Source: Marsupella aquatica (lineage: Eukaryota; Plantae; Marchantiophyta). Taken from it: a stretch of 64,000 bases of DNA. Where the stretch lies: positions 12,690,549 to 12,754,548 of the forward strand of contig OZ316896.1 of NCBI GenBank assembly GCA_973895155.1. Direction: 5' to 3'. The stretch's first letter is position 1. Each line of letters opens with the position of its first letter. A program made the translations under genes and the position numbers. Below, piece after piece: positions 24,201 through 37,671 of this stretch. The notes beneath the pieces are model-generated. The model worked only from the letters and a program-made list of their open reading frames with translations, did no database searches and was not told where the DNA came from.

Positions 24201-25742
24201 GTAGCGTAGACTCAGCAGCTGAGAGGCTGCGACTCTGCGAGGGATTAGTCGTAGGCCCACAAGCAAAAGCATCGAGCTGTGAGGTGAGAACAACGACTAC
24301 GGCGGGCGGTGATGAGTACCGTAGTAGTAGTGTAGAAAGCGGAAAGACAGAGGGAGGGAAGGACGAGGCTGCTGCGACTGCGTGGGGCCGACTGCAACAC
24401 ACAGAATTTCTTCGTCTGTCAGTGAACGGAAGGTTTGAATTGCAAATGTAGTAGCCTCGCCAGGTTATCTCAGCTGAGCTAGCTGGAGAGGAGGGGAGCG
24501 GAGTGGAGAGGAGGGGAGAGGAGGCAGTAAGCAAGCAAGCAATCAAAGCAGCAGCAGCTGCCGTGGCGTCCTCCTTCGAGGGGAGCGGCTCACGGGTCTT
24601 GGATGGATGAATGGTTGGTTGGGTTGCTGGGAGACAGTGGGAGGAGCTTGGGAATGTGTGAGTGTGGGTGCTTTTGGTACTGATTGTGAGTAAAGTACAT
24701 TCTTCAGCAGCAGTGAGGTGAGAGCGGAAGAGTGGTGGAGATAGTCAGTCAGTGCTGTGAGAGACAGAAGTTTTTAAAAAAGGGGTGATGAGGAAGAGAG
24801 AAATGGCGACGGGGGGAAGAGGGCGGTGAATATGGATGTACTAATGTACAACGATAACAACCGGCGTACATGCTTTTCTCCAAAAGTGTGAGGAGTGCGG
24901 AGATTGCGGAGACCTTATACGGGATGTCCGTTGGACTCAAGTATACTCTTAGTCTCCTCCTGGCCTGCTCGTCGTTGGTTCGATTCACTTCACGTCTAGC
25001 ACCGATGCCGGGCATAAGCTGCTGCAGTCGGAGCCCCGTTTCAAACTGTGCAGTTTGAGGAGAGGAGTTTGCACCCGTCGAGCAGCTTGCATCCATTCCT
25101 CGCATCTTCACTGCGAAAGAGCAGATCACCACACTATCCGAGTGGCGGTGAGTACGAAACCACCCAAGCTTGTGGAGGAGAAGGCGACGACCTGCGCAAC
25201 AACAATGGTCGAGAGTGAGGACGGAGCTCCGCTCCTCGTAAGTGCTTTTCTCGGCGGCCCCACGACACCGCTGGGTGTTCGGATTCAGGTAAACTGCAAC
25301 CAGGCAACGGAGAGGTTCGATGATACCCGACAGGAGCGGACAATGTAGGCACCTTATGGGACCAGGTTTCATCGAGGAACAGGCCACGGCGTTGGGTTTC
25401 ATCGGTGTGTCTCGAGCTGCAATGCAATGCGGCTGTGTGTGTATAGAGCGGAAGCTTCACGTCAGTTTCTGACATTCGCTTGACAGGATAGATACTTGAT
25501 GGGTAGATGAGGGGGCCTGAACTGGAGGGATTAACAGCAGTCAGTGGTAGAGTCCTTGTATTTTGGCGGTCCAGAGAGGAGGCGGTTCAATACCGTGTGG
25601 TGCTCCAAAAAGTCTGATTGGTGTTGTGGTTAGTCTAGCGAGAGACAGACAGACAGACGACAGGCACAGTGAATTGCATCGTCTCCCAGCGGCGTCTAAA
25701 AATAGATTCAAATTTGTTTCTTTTCCTTTTCCTTTATCCGCC

Positions 25743-28700
25743 ATGAACGACGCTCAGGAGTTGTTCCCTGCCTCGGCGCTCACCCGAGACAAGCCTCCTG
25801 GGAAAATCGGAGGGTGTGTTGGCACGTTTCTGCAGCTGTTCGACTGGAATCCCAGGAAGCGTCTCTTCTCTACCAAACGCCTTCCGGCAGGTAAAATGTT
25901 ATTCATACACCTTTCCTGTCACAACCTCTACAGCTCACATATGACAGTGTCTAGTTCTCCGTGGATGGAAAGGGGTGAATCTGGATCTTCTCTCCTCCGC
26001 GGCCGACCTATCGATGGTTTAACGAAGTTTAGTATGCGAAATATGTCTTCATTATCACAGCCTATCACATCTCATGAAATCAGAGGGGCCAGTTTCCCTT
26101 CGTGGAGTGGTTGTTATTGGACTTCCCGGTGAGGGTTCGAGCATGTCGTGTGTAGAATGATGATCCCAGTGGGTGAAGGGCCTAGCTGCGTAGTATTCTG
26201 ATGAGCAGTAGTGGCAGAGAGTGTTCAAAATTTGGCATACCTCGAGCGCGCAACTTTTTGCTGTGTGCCTTACAGCTGTAGTTCGGTTTCGCTGTCTCAT
26301 CAGAGAGCGTCATCACAGGATCCTGGGCTTGCCATTCCAACCAGCCCTTTCAGTGTTTCGGTTGAAATGCAAGTTACTAGGATCCTCATGTCCTCGTCGA
26401 TTCTGCGATATTGACGTATCTCAGTTAAAGTGTTCGTCTCTGTGCGGTTACTGCACATCATGTCATTGTATCGACGTTCTCCATCCGTACAGTTGGGCTC
26501 TTACCCGAGTTGTGTGGACTCCTGCGTTTCTAATCGCCTCGCTTCTTCATTCCTGTGTTCTGTTAACAGAACGTCCGGTTCTTAGGAAAGCGGCGTCTAC
26601 GAAGAAGAAGTTCAAGGATGAGCGCATGCCGGTGGCGAAGCTTTTACTGGTAACCCCCACTCGCTCTCTGGCTACGGCTGCCACAGTATGCATGCTATTT
26701 ACTGCAGCTTGCCCTTGTCTCTTGGTCAGCCCGGTGATAGCCTGAATACTTACTCTGTTGCGCTCTTACCTTCAGCTCGCTGAGGAAGAAAATCGCGGAG
26801 GATTTCCGTCTCCGAAAAAAAATTCTGCAGCGCCGCAGTCTGATCGTAGCAATGCCGGAACTACGGGAAAGAGAGTTCCGGGAGTGGTGGCCAGGCTGAT
26901 GGGTCTTGAGTCGTTGCCAGACGAGGGAGTGAACGACGGCAGGCCCTCGCCTCAACATTTGAAAATGTTACCTGTATGTTTTTCTTTTCTTCTCAGAGCT
27001 TTGCATTAATGGTTGAGCGTCCCCTTTCTGCATGATTGTATACAAAAAGTGCCAAGCCCACTCGTCTCCTTCTTTCGGCCTGGTCCCACAAGGGATGTTT
27101 ACTCTCGATCTCACATGGAATTCATTCCTGTTGGGGGCTTCTGACGTGATCCCAGTCGACCCCACCATCATGAAATTATGAGGAATCTACCCGTCATCTA
27201 ACATTCCATGTCTCCTGTGTCTCCTCTTGCATTGAACTGTCCATGTGAGCCTTGAGTAGTATGCTTGCTGGCTGGCCCCTTTGTTCTCGATGGTATATCA
27301 GCGCCCTCATCCTTGCAATCTGCCACCCAAGCTTCTCTTTGCACCGTCGTAGGTAACATTTTTCGTTGGAGTCAGTTGGAAAAGCTATGTGAGTCATCTA
27401 TGTGCTGTTGATGGCGTTGTGACGGGAAATATGGAAGGATTTTACTTACTGGCTGACTCATTGATATCTGCATGTACAGCTAGTGGAGGTCCGGCCTCTT
27501 CAGGAGCTACTTCACACGCGACAAGAAACTTCCTCCCTGTCGGACCTGCTTCGAGAGCGAGAATACTTGGAGGCTAAGAAGCTGGCTTTGACGGACAGGC
27601 TGAATGTCCCAGTTCCAGGTTTCGTGAAGAAACTCCCAGATCCTGTCCTTCATTCGAATTACATGCCCCCTAAGGATGGATTTAAGAAGTCTCTTAGAAG
27701 TGATCCTCATATACAACCGTATGCTGACCATAAATTTCAAAAAAGTTTGCGTCCTCTTAAAAGAACACCCAGGGATTTGACCGATCCGAAGAACCTGATT
27801 TTAGCTCTGTCACCTCGTGCAAGCGTGGATGGCATGCGACCTATCCTGCTTCCGTCCAAGGCGCATAATAAGCTGATGAACTCCCCGGTCAAGTCCCCCA
27901 CCAAGATGGGAAGTCGAAGTGCAAGGTTGCTGGAAGCTGCTGTCAAAATACTGGAACCCAGCATGCAATCAAGCACCACACGAGCGCGTGTTCCACCTGC
28001 CCGCCCTTCATCCGTCATGGACTATAAGGAGACGGATAGAGAGACTAGCATGGATGACACGAAGGAGAAGTTGAGCATGATAGAAAGGAAGATTGCCCTG
28101 TCTTCCAATGCGGCACGAGCTCTGAAGGGCCAGAGCATGAGTCGGAGCTGGAATGGCAATGGCAGAGAGGAAACAGGTAGAAATCACAGCAGCTCGTTTC
28201 ACGATTCTGCAGCTGGGAGGAAGAAAAACGATCAGTCTCAAGTGTCTCACTCCAAGGCTGCAGCTCCGATGAGGGCGGCCAACAGAAATCGTACTGGCAA
28301 AGGAGGATCTGCTCAGGAAGAAACCATCCTTAGGGTGACTGAAGAAATTAAAACCGTTGTTCCACAGGGATTCGAGGAAACTTACGGCGGAGGATTGAAG
28401 CCCCTCAATGTAGGGAGAAGGGACGAAACGAGGCTGGACAAGGTCGATGTTGAAGACAGGGGAGTGTCTGAAAAGCACGTCATCTCATCCCTGTCTTCCT
28501 TATCGTCACTCTCTGTCAGCAACAGTCCATATTCCGAGTGCAGTGAAAGGAGCTCAACGTCTTCCTTTCAGATCCAGGACCCACTTCGCAGGAGTGGGAG
28601 CGTTAAGGACTCTGCTGCCCCACCCACACCCACCGTGTCTAAAAGCCGATTCATGCGCAGCAAAAGCGTGAAGGACGAGAAGACCTCCAAGTCTGGAAGT

Positions 28701-31700
28701 GGCAGTGGGTCGCAAGGTCTCTATAGCAGAAATTCAATCAGGGAGCCTAGAGTTAGACAGGAAATCCCTCAGCAAGCTCACCAACTTCACCAACAAGCTC
28801 GTCACCAAGCCCAATTGAACACTGCAGTCCCAGCAGCATCTGTTGAATCGCAGGATTCTCCTCGACTGCGAGGAATTGAAGCGGGATCTACTGAGAGAGG
28901 TAGAATCATTTCCCCCTACTTGACGATCTGTTACTCATAAGGATTCCATGTTCTTACTCAGCTGAGTTCGTTTGCCTCCGTCAGTTGTTGTGCACTCTGA
29001 TTCTTTCACCTTAGGGAAATGTTGTATCTATCTGCACCTTCACCGGACAGTTTCGCTACCAAACTTTTGTCCATTGCCTTGTTTTGTTGACAACCTGAGC
29101 ATAGTTGATTACCAACTTACTTTTAGTCAGCATTGATTCTATTGATCATCTCACGATTTCAAGAGGTATGCTGTAGTGAAATCTCAACCCATTGTAGGTT
29201 TTTCAGCTTACTCGTAGTCGCTGACAGATCTCCCCCCAATCTCCTGCAGACTCGTACCAAGAATCTGAAAGTAAGAAGATGTCCTCCGAAGAAGAGAAGG
29301 AAGCGGACGCTGGGAAGCAATTACGAGAATCCCTGACGGTGCTATCATCACCTAAAGTTTCCCTACCGGATGTCGAAATGTCGGCTGATGAATCGATTTC
29401 CTCCTCTAGGTCGTCTCACACGACTTCGACCTCTTCTGCGTCGACAGTAGCACCCGGCAAGGATGCGCAGGTTCCTCGTTCCGGCAGTGTCGGTGGGCTC
29501 CTGAGTTACAGTCGGCTGTTTGGAAGTCGAAAATCTGGGGATAGGAAGAGTGATCGTAAGGAGAAGAAGGGACAAACAGAAGCTCCTCGGAAGAGTGAAA
29601 CGTCTTTGGTGAGGTCTTTGCTGAGGAGGAAATCTTCACCCGCTTCCCCCTCGTCACCAACTCCAGCTCCAGTCCAATCCATGGAGAAACCGAAGAAACG
29701 AGGTGGGAAAGTGTCCGTCTCGGAGCCACCTTCTAGAGAAATGAGTGATGCTGAACATCCTGGCTACTTCTCGGAAGATTATACCCTCGACGGGGGTTTT
29801 GACCTAGCAGCTGCACTGCAGTCTAAGCTCCTCTCAGACCGAAATGAAGACGCCAGCGAACGTATCATTCATCCAGACGGCGAAGTCAGTTCCCCTTCCA
29901 AATCTGGGAATGATGTTTTTCCAGTGGTGTCGTCGGACAAAGGTTGCTTAAGGTTTCTCGATGGCATCGACGAGAGAGGTTCCCGGCGTCCTGCCATTGA
30001 GGGCTTTGACTGTGTAGAGGAGGACGAGGATGACAGTCAAGACATGTATCGAGACGGGCTTTTCTCTTATGCATCTCACCTCATGGACGATCTTAAGTTA
30101 GAAGAAATGTTCTCAACCGGAACGGCAATCCAAGGTTCTGGGAAAAATGGGTTTTCTTACAGTCCTCTGGTGGATCTCGACGAGCCTCCTCGGTCTTCAT
30201 TGGAAAGCTTCAGTCTTGAAGCGGGAGCTGAAATCGAGAAATGCGTGTCCTTTTTAGGTAGGACAGTTGCGCCTTCACCCGAAATGTCGTTCCTCAGACG
30301 AGAGGCACTTTCCCAAGAAGCCGAAGAACAAGATAACGCACCGAGGTACGATCAAAGATCAAGATCACCGCTTGGCATGGACACTGAGGCGGACGATGCA
30401 GAAATTGAAGAGGCTAAAGCGACACTCTTAAATGAGGTAGTTCTCTAAGCTCTTCTTCTCACAGACATTGATGGCTTGAAAGTCCTTCAGGGTTCAGCCA
30501 TTTAACACTCCCAATGCCTTCTGTAGCTTAGGGATTTCAGTAGTTTTTATCTACCAAAAGGATTTTGTTCTGGAGCTGGGACATATATATAGTCTTCCTC
30601 TAATGTATCTTGATCACTTGGACGTGCAGCTGTCGGAAGCTCGCAAAATTGTGGACGATGCCTTGGAAGAGGCGACAGAGCGGGTGGCCAAGAAACTAGC
30701 AAATAAAGGAAGGGTTGTGCTGTCAGACGTGGATGGCGACGAAGCGGTATGCGCCTCTGTAGTGGGAAATGACGACTGCGGTCAACCCAGTCCCGTATCT
30801 GTATTAGATTGCCCGTTCGAAGAGGACGAAAGCAGAAGCTCACAAGGAAACGTGCACGAGAGCATATGCGGTGAGTCGTTGTTCAGCCTTCTTGAAATAT
30901 ATATTTTTGGTTTGATTTGATGGTCAGCTAACTCAATTTTAAACATGAGAGCACAGAGCCTAACCTCAAAAGTGTATCCTGTTGATGATTGTCAGCGTAC
31001 TCAAGAAGGTAGCAGCATTGATTTTCTTGCAGTTGTATTAGAAGATAAGTGATTTGCTTCGACCATCAACTCTAGTATGTGGTAAGATTTTGATTCTTAG
31101 CAAGTAGATGCGCCTTCACTGGAGCTCACGAACTGACGTGCATTCGTCTGGAAATTTCTCTTGACAGAAACCGAGGAAGAATTCGACGAGGATGATGAAG
31201 AATCTGTTATGGACCATCTCCTCCTGGAGTCTGCTACAACAGTCGAACCAAGGCAGGAAAGGGAAGCAAGGAGAAAGGTGCCCCTTCTGAATGTGAATGC
31301 AGACGTCGAAGACGATGGAAAATCCCAAACCGAGAAGATCGTGGATGCAATCCTGGACATATCTAGAATCCGCTGCATTGATCCGTCAGCATGTGGTTTG
31401 GTGGTGGAAAACTCAGAGTCATTCCAAGAGGAGGAAGAAGAGTACGTTCGGAAAATCATCTCGGTCTGGGAAGTTTTTCCCGAGGCTTCAGGAAACGGAG
31501 CAAACGCGGAGCTACCAATAGCTTCCACTTTGTTCGACAGGTTGGAATCACAAGGCCGAGCCTCTGCCTGGAAAAGAGAGAAGGATAGAGAAGAGTTCGG
31601 CTCCCCTGAAGCTGCTGAGGCTTTACCAGGAAAGAGCTTCAAGCAATGGCAAGGTCTCTGGCTTCATCGGCGGCTCCTATTCGATTGTGTGAATGAAAGT

Positions 31701-32036
31701 CTGGCCTACAGTCTCAGGACGAAGTACCCTGAGCCTTGGCTGGGCGTACCTATCTTGAGACAACCACCTCAGGGAATAGGTCTGGTGAAGGAAGTGTACA
31801 GTGAGATGCAGGACTGGAGAGATGTGCAAATGGAGGAACTGGATACCGTCATAGAAATGGATATGTGTAGAGGGTTTGGGAATTGGTCAAACCTCAACCA
31901 GGAGATGGGAGAGATAGGTTTAGAAATTGAACGGACGCTATTAAGAGTCATGATCGAGGAGCTGGTGTCGGAAATAATGGGACTCGGCTGCTTACCCAAC
32001 CGCTCGTCTCCAGCAGTTTCTCTGCGGGTATGGTGA
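25743..32036 (+). CDS. TRM: TON1-recruiting motif (TRM)/LONGIFOLIA-family microtubule-associated protein, about 1380 aa
   Basis: Exons 25743-25890, 26570-26649, 26776-26973, 27480-28899, 29250-30436, 30630-30870 and 31168-32036; all GT-AG and phase-consistent (4143 nt). Motifs GGCVGTFLQLFDW, VVARLMGLESLP, QPSPVSVLD and a C-terminal DUF4378-type region (RRLLFDCVNE...EIGLEIERTLLRVMIEELV). Confidence 0.93.
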
Positions 32037-32289
32037 GCTCGGTTGGAACCTTCCAGCCAAGTCTCAGTCGTGCTGTCGGAACTATGGACCATCCTGAGGA
32101 GGCCGTTTTTGAGGAAATTCGAGAACCTCTGGTGGCTTTTATTGTCATTAGATGGTGTTGGGGGTCCGCGACATGCAGAAGCTGGACGTTTCTTCACCGT
32201 TTTGGCAGAGGAATTTTTAGACAACCTTAACCGTTGGTGGCCTTTGTACATTAAGGTTGAGAAAGGACAGTCCTTCCGTCTTCTTCTTG

Positions 32290-32316
32290 AGTAGTAGTAG
32301 TAGTAGTAGTAGTAGT
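32290..32316. repeat. (AGT)9 microsatellite in the presumed TRM 3' UTR
   Basis: Direct reading. Confidence 0.95.
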
Positions 32317-34227
32317 TTGTGGAGAGCAGCGGCGGGCCCACTGAAGGAGGTACTTTGTACACCTAAGATATTTGTGGCTGAGGGAGGAACTTACAGAGGA
32401 AGGCAGGCGAGACCGAGGCCTTGTGCGTGGTACCATAACGACGACCACTCTCACCGAATTTAAAGTGCTGCCGGGTACAGACAGAGAATTGTAGTTAAAC
32501 AAGCTTTTTTCTTCTCTGAACATTGTAAATTGGATACTCACCGGAAGATAATTTGTTTCGATTGAAAATTTCGCCGTGGATTCTTTCTCTTCCTCCAGTG
32601 AGTATGTATGGCTGCTGTTCCACGGTCGTCGTCTTGCAGTGTAGGATTTCGGTTCTGGTTGATGAATTAATTTGTTTAGCTTGAATTATTTGATTGTAAA
32701 TTCGCTCTCCCATACATTCCTCGTCAGTGGAAGTCTGTGGAATTGTGCTTTCCTGGAATACAGGACGCTGATACCAGAACCGACCTCTCCGAATCAGCCA
32801 CTCGAGCTTTGCTGAAGTAGGGCTTGTGGATGATGGACTCTGTTCATAGCTTGAATTTTTTGATTGTACATTCCGTTACGCAGACTTTCATCTACAGTGA
32901 AAGTAGGTGAAAGTATGTAGAGCAGAGATTTCCTGGAATACAGCACTTTTACTGCAGAAATGACCTTTCGGAAGCAGCTACGCGACATTTACCTTTCTGA
33001 ATCATCTACCTAAGTTTATGCTGCATGGCTTACAAAATGTGTCCTTTTGGCTGTGCGTCAACGAGAGTGTTCTCCTGCCGAAAACTGTATCTCCGTAATT
33101 GGGGTAATGATGTCGCCAAATATCTGTCTGCCTCACGGAATCCCTAAACTGTTCGGGAGTCTAATTTTGGGAGATTACACTTTGGTTTCCGTTTATGTGA
33201 GTTTCGATCTGCACTCACTTTGGGCTCATTCCTCAGACCTTCAAACCGACTGACTTCTCTCCCTCGCTCGTGCCAGCAATATGATTTTGCTGATGGATCT
33301 CCTACAACACCGCGTTGTGCTAGAAAGTCAAGGGTTTAAGTATGCCCTCAAAGGAATTTAGTCCTCATAAACCCGTAGCATTTGTTGCGATGCACCTTAG
33401 TATCTTCCAACAGAGAGAAAACGTTCCACATTGTCCTGCTCTTCCATCCTGTGCCAATTTCCGCTCAACTGCCAGTTTCTGCTCTAGCATTGAGCGAAGG
33501 TTTGCTCTTAGCCCATGGTGCGATATTGCTTTTGGCTACAGCACAGGGATTGGGCTTCCTACTCATTTCTCTGAGCTTGGACTGATTATTTTCTCCTTCA
33601 TGACTTCCGTGCTGGGGGGTCATCTTGTCCATCATGAAAACTGTCTCCCACCTTTGCATCACTTTTGATCGTCACATCTGGTCCGGGAAGACCTTTGCCG
33701 ACAAAGGGAGAGCCACTTACCCACGCTTCTCGGGCATCTGGTTAGGGTAACGTAGTTTAGCGTTCAGACATGATTCTATAGCTACTCGACAGGAATTCGC
33801 ATAGAATTGAAAATTGAAACAAACCCGAAATTTTCAAGGCAATAAAAGAGAACAATTGAAACAACCTGGAGGAGACTAACCTGGAGAAGACTCTGACGAT
33901 GCGTTGCCTATCCCTACAGTAGGCGAGATTATCTACTTGCAACGCAGGCATCTATAGTACCTTTCACCTGTAATCTCTAGCATCATTCTCTAGTAATGCT
34001 TTTCACCTGTTTCTGTGTTTTGGGGAGTTCCTATCCAATCTCACACAATTTGACATTTTGACGCCGCAGTTGTTGACCAAAACCATTTGGTCAGTGAACG
34101 TTTTCCCAACGGCACGCTAAAGAAGCTGACGCTGGCTGAAAGACGAACAGTCGTCTCACTAGTACTGTAGTTGGGTACAGTAGCCGAACTCGTGCGTACT
34201 GATGACTGATCTGTCTGCCCACGAGCT

Positions 34228-34925
34228 TTCATTAGTTTGTTGCATGATCATGAAGCAGTCATTTATCATTCACAACACTGGGCGTAAAACTAAGCACTGA
34301 CTCTCAGGCCGTTTCATCTGAACTCTTGTTGGCTCTTCAAGACGACCCTTTCATTACTTTGTTGCATGATTTTAACAGTTGTTTTATCATTCACAATACT
34401 CGGTATAAAGCTAAGCACTAGCGTGCAGACCGTTTCATCTTAACTCCTGTTCCCCTTCAAGAGGAGGCCTTGCATTACTTTGTTGCATGATTAATCAGTC
34501 ATTTATCATTCACACTACTCGGCGTAAAATTAAGCACTGACTTTCAGACCGTTCCCTCTGAACTCCTGTTGCTCTTCAAGACGAGACTCCCATTACTTTG
34601 TTGCTTGATTTGCCAATTATTCATCAGTCACAATACTGGGTGTAAAACTAAGCACTAACTTCCAGACCGTTCAACTGAACTTCTGTTGCTCTTCAAGACG
34701 AGACTTTCACTACTTTGTTGCATGATTAAACAGTCGTTTATCATTCACAATACTGGTGTAAAACTAAGCACTGGCAGACCGTTTCATGAACTCCTATTCA
34801 TCTTCAAGACGAGCCTGTGATTTTGTTGCATAATCAAACAGTCATTTGAACTTCATAATGCTGGGTGTAAATCTGAGTACTAGCTTGCAGACCGTTTCAT
34901 CTGAACCCCTGTTGCCCTTCAAGAT
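34228..34925. repeat. Tandem array of about 6 units of ~118 bp
   Basis: Landmark ttgttgc(a/t)t recurs at about 34237, 34359, 34480, 34598, 34715 and 34823, with conserved blocks tatcattcacaa, taaaactaagcact, cagaccgtt and cttcaagacga. Confidence 0.92.
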
Positions 34926-36689
34926 GGGCGTACAAATGTAAGAAGGCTAGACATGTAACTGCTGACAGATGACCAAAAAATGTGCACCGGGCTAAAGCAA
35001 CTTTGAGCTTTTGTGAGGCGCATTTGAGTGGGACATCTTTACATGGCAGAGTGTACAGAACTATGGAAAAAAACTCTTGAGGAGGTCTAATACCTTGGCA
35101 CAAAATGCTCATTTTAAAACTGGGTTCCACCCAATTGGGATAGGATTGGATTCCATCTTTTGGGTTGCTTCTTTAGCATCAAGGTGGCTTTACAAGAATG
35201 ACCGAAACTTTTCTATCCTTTTCCACACCCAAATGAGCATGTAAGCTTCGAGGTTTAAAGGTAGGGCTTCAAAGTTGAAATGAAGGGAGTTGCCAGTATT
35301 GGGAAGGCATTCAGTGCAAACAGAAGAGACGCAAAGGACAAACCGAACTATCACCTCCAAAGGTAGCCTAAAGTTTCGTCTAACAGAGAGAGGGGAAATT
35401 TACCCTGATCCCACGAGTGTCATTTAGGATTGATGGTTTCTCAAAGCATATGGTCGCCAGTGCTCCTTTTCTAAAGCCAAAAGCAACCAGTCACTGAGAA
35501 TACACAGTCCAGATGTAATCTAACTGAGGAAAAAGAGGAATCTCTCTTTGGTCCGGTCACTCTTGTGAAGCCCTTGTGTGTGCTTGCTGTCGCTGTTGTA
35601 GTAATCCAAGATTTGCCTCCAAACACTTCCCCACTTCTTACTCCTGCAAACACAATATCCTCTGGTCATAGAAACAAAATCGGGGACCATCAGTCTACAA
35701 TCATTAGAGGACTCTGACTAGACATGATGTTGGAGAAATTAAGGGACTCCTGTGTGGAAACTACTCAATTCCTACCATATCAGGGAGCCCTCTCAGGCTT
35801 TTCAGTTTACTGGTCACTAGAGCTTTATTACCTCCTTTGCCGTATTTAGGGGACTGCCTTATGGTTCTTCTGTCTTCATGGGTTGTTCCCCCCCCCCCCC
35901 CCCCCTTTATTTGGGTCTCCTGCCTTTGGGATCATGTCTCCTGGTTTAAAACTTCTTGTTTTTGGAAGTGCACTTCAGTAGTACAAAGTGGCGGTGAGAT
36001 CTCAAAAGAGCAATCTGAAAAGTAGGAGACTGATGACCACTTTTGGGCCTGAATGTAGGTCCTTTTATTAGAAGCATCTAGAGGAAGACAAGGCCAGACT
36101 AGGCTTTTGATCCTATGAACATGAACACTGGACCTCTCACTTTTTTGTTGTGAATGACTGTTGATAGACACCTTACTCACTTTTTTTCTTGGTGAATATC
36201 CTGGCGGTTGCCTCTAGGGATTGAGTGGGATTTGGGTAATTAGTGTCCTTACTTGATTGGGTCCAGCATCTTGTGTGGGCTAGCTGTTTCTTTGGACTGG
36301 GGTTGTAATCACAACATGAACGTTGGCTGACCTTTCAGGAAGTCTAAAGGTTTTTGTCATTCTGGTAAATTATTAGTGGGAGTGGGAAAGGGGGCAAGTG
36401 CATCTTGCTTTTCTGCTTTCTAGATATGATACACCCTTAGCTCCACTGCAATGGAGTCTAGTGCAGGACTTTCCTAGTCACCTTCTTCATTCCTGGTACT
36501 TCTTTCTTGTCTTCTTGTATGAATTTGTTTTTTTGGAAAGGGGGCCATTTGACTGAAAGGGACCAAACAAAGATTGAGGTCCAGAGAGAGGACAAGCACA
36601 AGGAGAAAGCAAATGCAGCTTTTTCTACCCCAAAAACCTAGAAGAGGGGGGTGGGGGGGCAATAAGATATAGAGATCTACCACTACAAT

Positions 36690-36960
36690 AGTGTGATGAG
36701 TTTGTGGTCCACATCTAGTGCACTAGTGTGATGAACCAATGGTCCACATCTAGTGTCATAATTAAGTCTACAAGTGGGAGATCCATATCCTCATGAAAGA
36801 TTGGTAGAAGATGGAATAAGTGGAGATGAGGTCAATTCTCTTCTTTAAGAAGAACTAATTGGAAGCCTCCCTTTTCCTTGTATGAAGATGAGAGTTTGGT
36901 AGAATTGGGAACTCTATTCTACCAAACATGAAGATGAGAGTTTGGTAGAATTGGGAACTT
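36690..36960. repeat. Two short tandem duplications in a degenerate TE-like region
   Basis: tagtgtgatga...tggtccacatctagtg x2 and atgaagatgagagtttggtagaattgggaact x2. A PBS-like tggtatcag lies at about 37240. Confidence 0.7.
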
Positions 36961-37357
36961 CACATGGTTTTCATGAATGTCTATGCGACATATTACTGGC
37001 CTGCATGGACTTGTTGGCCTTTGGGCTAGGCCTTTCCTTAATTTGTTCTCCTTAGTTTGGGGACAGCTGTGGCTTGCCTAGCACAAAAATGACCCCTAAG
37101 CCTATTCTCCCAACATCGGACCCCTTTGGCAAATGTAGCGGTTTTTATGAAAAGTCCAATTTTAGTCGAATCACACTTTCCCATCCTCAAATAGTCGGAT
37201 AAGTATGACCAGACCAACATCAAACATGTCAAATTCTATTGGTATCAGGAGCTTCTTGCAACTCAAAAACAATGGCAACTACATGTCCAATTTTATTAGT
37301 ATGGCATTATGAGGTCCGAGCATTCTGGAGTCAATGTACAATGTGTGATGTCATAAA

Positions 37358-37671
37358 TGTTAGGTATTTACTCAAGGTCTAGGGTTATAACCTATAACCC
37401 TAGTTAGGCTAACCATAGTCGGAGGCATGGTTATGTTAACTAGGATGCACAATATATGCCAAGCGGTGTTTGCTCGGATAAGTGGAAATAAGGCTCATTG
37501 TTACGAAGCAACTTGAGAGATGAGGAGAGCTTACACTGTGGAGACTTGGTATAGCTGATGGGCTTAGAGTTCAGTAAAGCTCTCTTGTGTAACCTCAAGG
37601 AGATGAACCACATATCTCTTGTGTTAGATGTGTCATGTGCTTACTGTTGTGATTGTCATCTATGCTCAACA
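37358..37671 (+). mobile_element. Copia solo LTR with TSD
   Basis: TGTT...CTCAACA termini with TSD ATAAA on both sides (37353-37357 and 37672-37676). Homologous to the LTRs at 12193 and 1477 (taggctcattgttacg.agc, gtaaagctct, tgaaccac.tatctct, tctatgctcaaca). Confidence 0.92.

Noticed and set aside
24749-25402. 217-aa minus-strand ORF upstream of TRM
   Set aside because: No recognisable motif; lies in GC-rich leader DNA where long ORFs arise by chance.
31097-32362. Long antisense ORFs (181 aa and 197 aa) over the last TRM exon
   Set aside because: Shadow ORFs of the coding strand; the poly-Tyr run comes from the (AGT)n microsatellite.
34228-34925. CRISPR-like array or C/D snoRNA cluster
   Set aside because: No unique spacers, eukaryotic context and no cas genes. 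Box C (RUGAUGA) and box D (CUGA) are not consistently kept among units.
35150-36000. Possible LINE remnant; a 24-bp block (attgggtctcctgcctttgggatc-like) is shared with ~43040
   Set aside because: The shared block suggests a dispersed repeat, but no RT or endonuclease motif could be read confidently, so no call was made.
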